DNA of 63,426 nucleotides, filler included, from Choristocarpus tenellus KU-1152 (lineage: Eukaryota > Protista > Phaeophyceae), in NCBI GenBank assembly GCA_964200185.2. It is 11 parts of 11 records of this genome, joined end to end, with 100 filler letters (N's around TTAATTAATTAA, not from the genome) between each part and the next. Parts side by side here need not be neighbours in the genome. Positions count along the whole stretch, not along the records: positions 23,497 to 33,539 come from CAXNAD020003185.1; positions 33,640 to 37,658 come from CAXNAD020016640.1; 9 more parts are not named here. One strand, given 5' to 3'. Under the pieces are notes generated by a model. It was not told where the DNA came from and did no database searches. It worked only from the letters and a program-made list of their open reading frames with translations. Both the position numbers and the translations under genes were made by a program. Of this stretch, positions 24,829-36,624 are shown piece by piece (positions within the stretch are counted from its first letter, which is position 1; each line of letters starts with the position of its first letter).

Positions 24829-27800
24829 CTATCTTCGCCGCTGCGGCGGATACCGCCTTGCCCCATGACCTCCATTGGGGGGTGAGGCCTTCAGAACTGC
24901 TTGCATCTCCTCAACTGAACTCGGTACAGGAATCTGATACGTTGGATTGTCACTGGCGATGGTTCGCCACCTACTAGTACACACAACAGAGGGCAAGGTG
25001 GGACAAGATATACAGTGGTGACATGGGCACAATGATGAGAAATTTGCAGCGCACAAGCAAAGACAAGCACCAGGCAATGGTGAGTTTGGGGTGCTTTCTC
25101 TATCATAAGGACGTTGGACTGGAGAGCAGGGGCTACATGGTGATTGTTTCAGGATCAGACAAAACAACGGCATCTCCGAGTTAGAGTATCTTCTATTCAC
25201 CTATTGTGTATTCAGGTTAGCCAATAATACGCATACTGTAATGAATACAGATGATGATAGGCACAAAATCAACTCAACCAAAATTCTCACTTCTCGATAT
25301 TCTTGTAGCCTCCTACACTCTAACCACCACCATTGTTTGCCTACCTCACTTTCCTGGTCACATTACATACACAACTTTGAAGTACGTATCATAATCAGAG
25401 CCCACATGACCAAATCGGATTAGGACAGCAATGCGATAAATCAGAAATGTCCACCAATGAGCGACTTGCACTGTAGGATCACCCAAGAAAGAAGTCAGTA
25501 CTCCCAACTACTTTGCACCAACACGTTTCAGATGACTACTTGTACGAGAGGGAGACTTGGACCGCCACTTCAGTCACATACAGGTAACCATGGACGCCAA
25601 TGCACCACTAAAGCACACCTATCGCTGATGCCTGGCGCAGATAGAATGCTCTCAAGACCAATGACATCCCCCAGAGCAGAATGGGCATTGACCATCCCCA
25701 CACCAAAGAGGTGCTTGTAAACAGCTGGTATTGACATCGAACACGTTGTCAGTAGATCCACACCCACACCACAGGAACAGGTTTGGGCACAAAAATAATT
25801 TGGGGAAATTTGGAAGGAAGTGGGAGAGGAGGGAGTCAGCCAAGACTAAGACTTTGATCTCGTTGAGATCATACAACTTTTGCTTGTACCTTTCAATCAT
25901 TTTCACCTGCACTGTTACTGCTTCCTGGTCGGGTTTCTTTGCAACTGATGAACAAAATAGCATACAAACTGTGATAGAACCAACACAACTGGAAAGTGCT
26001 AAAATGAAAACTGTAACTATCTAGGCCCCAAAGGTTTCACACTCAAAACCAATCTTTAACCTTGTGTTCCCCAACACAACAGATCTTGATTCAATCCCAC
26101 TCGTGCTGTACACCCACAACCCCTATTTTACCAGATGATCTATGGGCCGGCATTTGACTTCCTCTCTCCCTTCCCCCTTGGCCATTTCCAATCAGATATC
26201 CTCACCCTCCAGCTTGAATTCTTCAGGACGACATGGCCTTGACCAATCACTGGGATTCTGTCGCCACATGTTCGAGTTCCTCAAGATCAGAAGAGTGTCA
26301 ACAAAACACACTATGCCTGTCTGACCCATGGCAAACCTGACATTGCAGTGGAAAATGTGTATGAGGGGATTGGAGTAGGGTCGCAACGAGATTGAAGAGG
26401 GTATTGTCCCACCACAATAGTTGTAGCCAAGGACAAATCTAGGAATCAGCGCGGAAGTGATCATATGAGTGGGTGACATCCCCAACCCTCTGAATATTGA
26501 TAGGCCAGTAAGCGAATCAAACTCATCGACAAGTAGTCCCTGAAAAGGGTGGCACAAAGGTTATCACCCCCTCTCCTACTTGTTCACCGGCAATGAGTAT
26601 CAACAAGACAAAACAACCTCTTGCCTGTCAAATTATGAGACACAGACAGGGAAGAAGTAGATCTGGCTAGATGCCACGATTGCTTAGCCCATGTAGGTGG
26701 AACTCACATGGTATTATCATCTCCAACATCAATGTAGGTAAAACACAGAGCACACTGCATCCTGTACTCTGTAGTGGGAGTTATGTATTAGTAGATGCAT
26801 AAATGAATGACAACTCAGGAAACAAATCAACTCTCTTAAACTATTTCCAACCTCAAAAGTCTGTACAACAATTGGCCTGATGGGATCGATCGAAATTTAT
26901 GATATTTCCTCCAAATGATGAGTGATAACGAAAATATTAGGGATACCTTAGGGTAGAGTGTAGGACAAAGGCACCCTATCGACTCAGGGTGACAAGCAAA
27001 GTATATGATTGGGAAAAGCTGATAGTTTTCGTGCCATGCCGCCTTAAAACCCTTGATTAATAATCTTGCAACTAACATGAGTATGATATCAGCAACATAT
27101 TATCCAGGTTAGCAGAAGCCCATATCATATCGCACAGGGTACTCTTACGCAAAGCAAACCTCTTTAGTCCCTGATCTGAATGTATCTACCTCACCATACC
27201 CCCCAAACCACACATCTACACTTCATCCTCCTCCTGACCCCAAAATTCCTTTCCCTTCGAGGTTGACACACCTCCCAAAGTCCGCACGTTGGAGCTCCTC
27301 TTTCATGAAAGAGTGGTCAAATCGTGCATTATGCGCCAATAGGACAATTCCTCCCATGAAGTCTCTCTCCCCCTGACCTCCATCCCCATCCCTGTCCCTT
27401 CCTCCTCTTCCTGTGCCCAGTCCGCTCAGCCAGTCAGTAAACTGTGGCCACACTTCTCGGAAGGGTTGTGCATTGTTAGCAACCAATAGGTCGGTGGTGA
27501 TTCCAGTAAGTGCTGCAATGCGCAATAAGGACAAAGGAAGGGGAGGGGAGGGGAGGGGAGGGCACCGGGGCATGGGAGTTGTTCACATGCAAGGTCTTCA
27601 GGTTTAACAATAACTTGCTCTGCATTTACCTTCTCCTGCTGCACATGCAGTCTTGCCAAATTCTCGCTTTGAAAGGGAGGGAATAAGATTGAAAAAAAAA
27701 TCGTTCAATAGACATCTTACTGCTGCCGACAACTAGCACAGATGAATCTAATATTCACAGAGTTCCCCCCCTGGTCTACCCAACCTAACCCCATCCCCAT

Positions 27801-30800
27801 CCTGACATATCTTATCCTTAATGGACTTGCAAGTCACAGGACACAGCAGTCTACTCCAGTTTTGAGGCAGAGCACAACACGTAAGTGTGTTCAAGCATTA
27901 CTCAGAAACAAAGTCTTAGACCGTTTAAAAACAACTCAAACATTATAATGAAACCACATCATGCCCGCCTGCAGTCAGGTTCGAAAAAGCACCCTGACAG
28001 GAGAAAATGGGGCATAGGAACGAACTTCTTGATAAGAAAAAATGAGTTTTTTTTTGGATGGATTGGTCAATGGTATTGAAAGTTGGGACGGGGGCAGGGG
28101 GGGCGGGCAATATGATCCCTCACACTGTATCATAGGAGGTATTGTAGCACCCTCTGGGTCAACCATGCAGGAGAACCGGTCCTTGGGGTCCTCACTCCCC
28201 ATAACCTTCAGCCAAGCAGGACACAGACAACCCAAGTGCAAAGGAAAAGCACAACAGCAAAGAAGCAAGGACAGCAAATGGATGAGTTATTGACACCTGT
28301 GCTCTGCAATACAAAGATTCATGATGAGAAAGGAAAGGGTATGCGAGGTGAACCTCAACTTCAAGCCATTCTGTTGCAGTGTGTGGGGGTCCAACAACAC
28401 TCTTTAAGTTGAACAATTACATCGCCTCTTTTTCATCACCACAACCCTCCCTCCTCCAAAATCCAGGCGTTGCTGAACACCCCTGATCTCCTACATCATT
28501 ATTACCTCAAATAACACTCCATCAACCCCATCCTTACCACTGCATGATGAATGCATCACTCCATCACCCCCTCTACACAAAAAAACATTCACCTTAGCGG
28601 CTATCTGTATCACCCTGTTACTCTTGGCAGCAATCCCAGTCGTCTCCAAGTCAAAAATAACAACAGTGTGGTCCTCTTTGATCAGGTCCACCCCCAGCAT
28701 GAATGACACACCAATAGGGGTAGAGGCACCATCACCATCACCATCACGCTCCCCACTTATCCCCCTAGAATCTCTTGAAGCCCCGATCAACACTCCCTCA
28801 TCCACAGGCAGTGATCGGGTCACGGTACTCACGGCCCCTGATCGCCGCCCTTCATCCCCACCCACTCCCACTCCACCAGCTACTATCTCTTCATTAAGTT
28901 CGTGTTCGCCCTTTCTTCCCTCAAGTTCTGGCCCTCCCCCTCCCCCTCCCCCTGCCAAGGTCTTTTCTGGTACGGGTTTAATTGACTTGGATTTGGTCGC
29001 AGTGGGCGGCCTCATGAGGAAAAAGAGGACAGGCAGGAGGGACAGAATGGGGGCAAGATCCAACACATCAGAATGTGCACCTCCTCAAAACAAAAAATAT
29101 AATATCCCAGCAACAGATTATTTCTACCTGCTCCTTTGGGCTGTCTGTGGAAGGACTGGCACAATGCAGTGCGTAAGAATAGCTCTTATGCTTCAGGTGT
29201 GAGTAGTGACATGCAAACAATAAGAGTGGATTGAGGGGAGATTGGCATGATTGGCAGCTGCTGTGTATGTCTATTGCAGGATGACACAGCCAAGAGGTAT
29301 GGCAAAGGGATCAGGCTTGGCAGATAAACAACGTCATAATTTTCAATTCCAGTCTTTGCTTACAAACGTAATATCACCCCAACTTTGAGTCTAAACTCCT
29401 CACTACCGGCTCAGGGCAGGTCTTAGAGTAGTTGTATATATTTTTTTGCATTCTGGTTATTAATAAAAAATATGAATACTGTGCTAGCTTTGAACAATAA
29501 CACCACCATATGATGCTACTTTCCCATATGGATAGTAAAAGGTCTTGGACGAATGCAACTAACATGCAAACTCTTACCCCATCTGCATTCCGAAACACTG
29601 GTCAAAAAATGTTTTCTTAGAGAAGGGGACAAGGGAAGGGGACAAGGTTGGATTGATCACAAGACAATATGGTCACACATTTATCTCTCTGCATGTGCAC
29701 ACACACTAATGTGTTGTTAGGAGTGAAGAACAGGGGAGTGATTGCAGTGACAAAACAAAATAATAAAATGAAAAAATACAAAAGTCACGGACAAGATATG
29801 TCCTCTTTGTAAAAAAAAAAAAACTGGTTCGACCAGCCATGACCAGGGCTCTTCTAGAGAGGGGTAATCTTCTATCGTGGTGACAGCTGCCCCAGACCCA
29901 CCAAAGAAATACACTCAACCCAAAGTGAGTCATTACCACCTACCTTCCAGCTTGGAATTTCTTTAACCTTTTTCATGCTGGTTGATACCTCCCCTCTCCA
30001 TTTCCCACCCACCTACCTATTCCTGCCAATCTACCTCCCCTCTGTATCACATAGTGCAAGCATGTAGAGAGCCTTACATCTCCACCTAGAGTGTAATACG
30101 TATATATAATCACTCATTGCCTTGCCAGTCCCATCACATATTTCCAACCTCAAAATTTCAGGAAGCCTAAAGGCAGTCACACTTTCACTATGGAAAAGTG
30201 TCTTACACACTCCAACACAGAACCCTTGTGATGAATTGGAGATGGAATGGAAAGATTATGACCAGGTATTCTGGAGGCTAGGGCTAGACCAAAAGAGAAG
30301 GCAACTAACCCTGTGTGACAATCCATCCCATTTGTCCAAAATGCTGCAGAGGAGTCCATACAATACTCTCCCAGAGGGAACATAAAACGACTCCACCATC
30401 CACCCTCCACCCCAACCCATCCACTCAACCCCCTCCATGTATGCCCACCTCTTGGTGACCTCCAAGATAGCATCTGTCGCCCCAAGGGCTACCAAGGGCT
30501 CAAATCCTTCTACCAGTTGCCCAGCCTTTCCACACACACTGAGAAGGAAGGCAAGGCTATCCCTAGCTGTGCTTCCTCCATTGTTGCCCCCCTGCATTAC
30601 CTCTTCTCCAGCCTCCATCCCTTTCTCCACTCCACCCCCAACCCCTGTCCTTGCTACTGCTGCTGCTCCGCTAGGGTGGGTAGGCAACAGATGCAAGTTG
30701 TCCACAAGACGCCTCGCCAGATGGTATGCCTCGGCGGCCAGATCTGATTGAAGCGTCAGGTCTGCCACCTTAAAGCTGGCATGTTATTGTTGTGGGAGGT

Positions 30801-33313
30801 ACGATAGACCTTGGTTTGGACATCAAAGGGGCTTGGGTAGGGGGGATTGTGTATTTCACAAGGTTTACTTATATTCGCAGGACTTGACGTGAATGATTGT
30901 ACAGCATTTGGTGGAAATCACAGCCCAAGACTGACATTGAGCAATACAAAGTCAGGACCAAAGCACGACCCACTCACCATACCACACTGCACTGCCATGC
31001 AGGTTCTTGTTACATTTCAGTAGAGCATAAGAATGCACAAGTTATCCCAATCAATAGGCATGCAAAAATAAACGTGAACATGGCACAGCGCTGCTGCTGT
31101 ACTGGCACAGAACCTGAACACTCCTCAACAACGAAAGCAACCTGGAGATCCATGCAATCACAAGCATATACACATACAACATGCAGATATGCCAGCAACA
31201 GCAATCACACCTGGCATCAAGATATCCCTTTTGTCGAACACCCAACACCTCGCCTGGGCCCCTCAGGGCCAGGTCCCTCTCCGCGAGTAGAAAGCCATCC
31301 CTGGTATTTCTTACAGCTTTCAGTCTCTCACTAGCGTCCTCCTTCAAGTTCTCCCCATATAGGAGAATGCAATGGGACCGGGGCAAAGGAGGGGGAGAAT
31401 CTACCTCCTCATTTTCAGTCTGGCAATTAGCTTTGGTCTTAGCCTTAACCTTGGTCTTAGCCTTAACCTTGGTCTTGGACTGTACAAAAGAGGGAAACAG
31501 GACAAGAAGTACAAGAGAGAGGGGATGGGGTGGGACGGGGGGGAAGAGTGAAGTGAAAAGACAGTAGGGAATGGGTATGTTCTTGGCAATGGAAAGCAGT
31601 TAAAAGATTATGCTGGGTGTTGTTGTAGTAAGGAGGATAACCCTTGTTACCTTTTCCATACCCAGCAATCCAACAATTATTTTTCTCTAATCTACCACAT
31701 CTAGAGAACCCAAAAGTCTATTCCTATCACTTCCTAGATGTTTCTAACCAAGCTGTACCAACATACGTCAAAAAGTGCCCCATAGCGCTGGTATTTCCCA
31801 AGAGAAAATACACATGTACATACATACATTCATAAAAAAACAGACCTCCAGCTTCAACCCTAAAAAAAAGAGCATTTATACATTACCTTCTGGCACCTGC
31901 TACCCAACTTGATACAGCACATAAATCAAATCAACATAGCTACACTTACAGGAGGGAATCAACCAAATAAGGCAGACATACGGACAAAGGCCCAAGCACA
32001 CGAACAACACAAAGAGGACAGATTTTATGAAATCAACGCACAAATCAGGAATCAACATAATTATGAAATCAACACACAAATCAGGAATCAACAAACACCA
32101 CACCTTGACTTCCTTCCCTTGAACCCCACCCTCATCCTTCCTAACATGCCCTCCCCCCGTTCGACCAAGACGGCCCCTGAGTTGGTGCAGTTGACTGAGG
32201 CCAAACATCTCAGCATTTTCCACAACACACACACCTGCCCGCGGAACATCGACGCCAACCTAAGCAAGAGCAACAAGTAACGAAGTCAGTTGGAGGGCAG
32301 GGGTGGGTTCTTTGGGGGGGAAGGGGCGAAGGGAACTGAAGCAGAGCCACGCCTGCAGACCGTAGTCTGTCACGTAGTTACAGAACAGGCATGACTTTAG
32401 GAAAACCTGACCTACATCAATTTACAGTTCACTTTGGAGAAAATTGGCACAGACAAGGCCAGTGATTCATTTTGTTTTCAATATTAAGATGCCTGCAGTA
32501 AGGTAAAGGCCAAAGTTGGCAACTGAAAAACAACATGTTCTACACCAATCTCCACAAAGGAAAAAATACAACCTGTTTGGGTTCACCAGAATTTTCTACG
32601 AGAATGGCGCAACTTTATTCAAACTGATTCAAATTAATTCAAATTAAATATGACGCAGTAGATACTGAAGAGAAAAGACCCGATCGTCATAACTTCAACC
32701 ATGATGTACTCAGAGCACACTGCCTATGCAAGCACAGCCTACCGGAATCTGGGTCAGTTTGAGTTGCATAGTACAATAAACACAGTTGATGCAATTAAAA
32801 CTACACTTTGTGATCCTCAGTCCAGAGCACAACCCTATTCCCAACACTGCCGTATATATAGTACATGACCCCATTGACAAGGGGGAAAAACTATCCACAT
32901 CAAAGGTTTTGCATACTCAAGTGTGAAATTAAAAAAAATTACAGCACATCGTAACCCAGAGTGTTATCCAATACTTGGGAGGCGTTCCCACATCCAGTAT
33001 GAGAAAAAAGAGGAGAATCGAAGGTGAACTTCAAGGTATTAAAAAAAATCAATATAAAAAATCAAACCCAGAATACAAAAGACTCAATACCTCAACCACC
33101 CAAAAGAATGGAACTTTAGATGTCCAACCTCCTATTGTCCTCCCGAAAACTCCTCTACATCTATTGAATTGAAATCATGCTCTTCAACAGATATCTACCT
33201 CTATGATGCTAGTGGCCACAAGAATCCTTCCTTCCCCCTCTGGAGCTTTGGAGAAGTCAGCTAATGTGCGATTCTTTTCCTCTGAAGTCATTTTTCCATG
33301 TAAAAGAGACACA
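24829..33313 (-). CDS. recG: RecG-family SF2 DNA helicase (C-terminal half) fused to a DEDDh/DnaQ-like 3'-5' exonuclease; 10 exons visible, 5'-truncated by gap
   Basis: Exons 33313-33199, 32259-32104, 31479-31211, 30775-30449, 29010-28593, 28205-28124, 27512-27272, 26336-26206, 25724-25619 and 24970-24829; all joins are GT-AG with matching phases. RecG motifs: [44 protein letters not shown] motif [25 protein letters not shown]. Exonuclease motifs: [26 protein letters not shown]. Confidence 0.9.
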
Positions 33314-33520
33314 CTGCAGGCAGACACCAAGAAGATCACATAGCGCATTTTGATATCACATCTCATGACCAGACCAAGAGCGACTTGGAGTGCAGTCTCA
33401 AAGAGAATTAATTGACACCACACTGTGGATAAATTGTTGCCCTTTAGCCCTTCCCCAGAGTGTCTCTAAAGGGACAAAGGTAATGGAAAAGAAGTGGGGA
33501 AAGCAGGATGGATAGCTCAC

Positions 33521-33539
33521 GGGTCAAAGTATTTGGGGG
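33521..33539. mobile_element. MITE family A terminus running into gap (within a recG intron)
   Basis: GGGTCAAAGTATTTGGGGG matches the family A TIR. Confidence 0.6.
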
Positions 33540-34248
33540 NNNNNNNNNNNNNNNNNNNNNNNNNNNNNNNNNNNNNNNNNNNNTTAATTAATTAANNNNN
33601 NNNNNNNNNNNNNNNNNNNNNNNNNNNNNNNNNNNNNNNGGTGAATGGAGGGTTTGAGAGTGCAGCAGGGTTTGGCCCCCCCCCCCCCCCCACCTTCCCC
33701 CCCTCTAATGCTGTTCTTTGACTGCCCCTGATTCGCCATGGCGGGGTTGAACACCAAATAATCAATTGGCTCACTGTAAATTCTTGCAGGGAATTTTTTT
33801 TTTTTGACCCCTTTTAAAATTGTTGTAATTTGTGCAGCTGTGTATCATTTAGCTTGTGATGTGTACTACTATGATAGGGAGGGGTGTGTGTGTGTGTGTG
33901 TGTGTGTGACTCAACTGTGGGGTTGTGTCTCCTCTCTCATGGACCAACCCACGCCGCTTGTCCTTGAACTGTTGATCTGAGATTGTATAGGGTTAGGGGG
34001 ATGGGAGGAAATGTCCGGAGGTGTATGCTTAAGCCACTGGAAATGCTTTTTTTCATTATTTGACCCCTGATGAGGATTACAGATGAGGATTACAGATGAG
34101 TCTTTGTTTGAAAGAGTGTGAGGACCAGAGGATGGGGGGGGGGGGGGGGGGGGGTTACATTGGGGGGGGGGGGCCCAAGGGGGAAAAACGGGAGGGGGGG
34201 GTTTAGGCGGGGNNNNNNNNNNGTGGGTGTGGGGAGGGGGGGTGGGGT

Positions 34249-34291
<43 letters not shown>

Positions 34292-35902
34292 GGGGGGTTA
34301 CATTGGGAGGTAGAGGCACAAGTAGGCAATACTGAAGTGGTAGTGTCTAGCAGTGGCCGCTCAAGTTGGAGAGGAGGGAAACAACTTGATAGAGTGGAGG
34401 AGGTGTGAGAGTGTTTGGCATGCGTGCGTGTTTTTGAGACTAGCATCCACATTTGTGTGCAAAATGCATGTATTTTTCATGTGTTGAAAAAAAAAAAAAA
34501 CTGGTCGAGAGGGATGTCTAATACAAGTCAAGTCGATTGTTAGCTTTTGTGTGTATTTTGATTGTTGATGTGTTTTGTGCTTAATGGGTTTCGTGTGTGA
34601 GATTTTCTGTTCTGTTTTTCTGGTACCAGTTTTCAGATGCGTAGCGCTTTGAATTTTGTTTTGTTTTGTTCAAGAGGGTTCAACCTCAGCCAGAACCAGT
34701 TAGTTGGCTGTGGTCCCCCCTCCGGGTGTGGCAGCCCTCCCCAAGGCAATGTCATTGCCATTTGTCCATTCTGGTCAGCAAGCGAACACCCGTGTCCTCT
34801 TTTAAATTTAAGCACCTGGCTGCTCCGACTGAGTTTCTTGGGGACAAATGGGCAATATCTTGGATTGTAAGATTTTGCTGGATTGGCAAGAAAGTAGTGT
34901 GGTCTAGTGGGTGGAGGGTTGTTCTGCAATGTGTCACCTCACCATTACCTCGGAAAAAAAATGAGTGATTTTGTATGTCCACTGTGGCTCTGCTTATAGG
35001 TTGGTTGGGCTTTTGCTAGTCATGCCGGGCAGAGCTTGTGGAGGGCAATAGGTTTGGGAGGTGGGAGAGATGAAGTGAAAGGAGGGTTGGGGTTACGGGA
35101 GGGAGGGGAGGGAGGAGAGGGAGGGAGGAGCGAGGGCTTGTTTTTGGTTGATTTTTGTTTCTATAGAGGTGTGCGTGTTTTTGTATTGAGGTACGCTTTG
35201 AAGGGTAGATAGTATATGGATGGGTGGATGGATGGTGGTTTTTAAAGGTTGCAAGAAAATGATAAAAAAAAATCACACGTATGAGGTAGGGCTGACTTTG
35301 TTGTTGAGGTAGGTGAGACTGATCCGGTGTCGATTATATATATATTTTTTGGCTGACACACGAAAGCTGTTGCGCCTCTGACTCTTGTGATCCCTCACTG
35401 GAACATGTTGCCCCTTGTTTTGTGTGTGCTCCCAAGTCCAGGTAATATATTAGTATATTAGTGATGTGTATCTATGGTGAACGGTGGTGTTGCATTAATT
35501 TGGAGTGGAGGTGGGGGCTCATAAACTATGCATGCACCAAGAGGCTTTTTTTGTGCATTCTTCCTTGCACTTCACCTTTTGTGTTTCTGGGTTGTTTGAA
35601 CTCTACACACTGATGGAAAAACTTTAAAGAAGTAACCCTCGGAGCAGCTGTGCATTTGTTGTCTTTCAAACCAGAGACCCCACATGATGATGATGATGAT
35701 GATGGATGAACTGACATAAGCAGAGACTTTACTTCGAAAGAGAGGGAGATGTCTACCGCTGACTGCACTGTCACTGTGGAGTTTTAAGTAATGAACCGTT
35801 TCATCATAGGAACAAAAAATAAAATAAATATATATATATGTATATATATGTATTGTGTATGTATGTATATATAAATATTTATATTTTTATTCCTTGTATT
35901 GA

Positions 35903-36624
35903 GGGATTTGCATCTTACTGATGAGTTCTGTGAATTCGCTCTTCTTGGTGAAAATATTCTGGTTCAGAACCTGTCCACTCTTGTCACAAGTGATGGAAAA
36001 AATCGGTTATCCACAGCATACATACATTTCAGTTGGATCTTCGGACGGGGGAGGGATCCTTTAGAGCAAGCCGAGACCAACATTTAACTTAAAAAAACAT
36101 AAATATATAGTTACATACATATTATATTATATTTTTGCAAGCTGGGTGCCGATCGACTTATCCAGAATTTTCCATCGCCTTTCTTGAAGTTGGCAGTTGG
36201 CAGAGCAGTGAGAGTATGTTAGAGGGTATGAGTTTTCCCCTGTTTGTCCATTTGGGGCTTGGCTTCCTGCAGGTTTTAAATGACATTTTACCTACTCCAA
36301 AATGTTTCAGAGCAGGTAAAGTATGTATGTTACGAAAAGGTGTCTCCAGAACTATCATGTTAGGATAGTGTTGACATTTCCTAACATGATAGCCAAATTT
36401 ACATCAAAAATGCAACATTGGATTTTGGGCCCCAAATGGACGTGACTGTACCCCCCACCTAAAGCGATAAACCTATTATTCAAATTTTGTTGTTGGAACA
36501 GAATATGGGTGTTCCTAGAAAGTAGGAAGGCAATTCGTGCCCTTCTCTGTGCTGTGTGTTTAATCCTCTTTTGTTTCCATGACTTTTCCTCTCCTCCAGA
36601 CTGATTCAGAACGCAACACAGTAG
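35903..36624 (+). CDS. Possible last two exons of an unidentified gene (about 35903-36005 and 36600-36624)
   Basis: DLHLTDEFCEFALLGENILVQNLSTLVTSDGKNR followed by a GT, and a strong acceptor TTTTCCTCTCCTCCAG at 36599; no recognisable domain. Confidence 0.25.
36206..36455. mobile_element. MITE family B, diverged copy lacking the right TIR tip
   Basis: Collinear with 53017-53274, including GTCCATTTGGGG and CCCCAAATGGAC. Confidence 0.8.

Noticed and set aside
34637-34760. FNLSQNQLVG resembling an LRR exon of brown-algal ROCO/LRR genes
   Set aside because: A single degenerate motif in low-quality sequence, with no clean 72-nt exon or neighbouring repeats.
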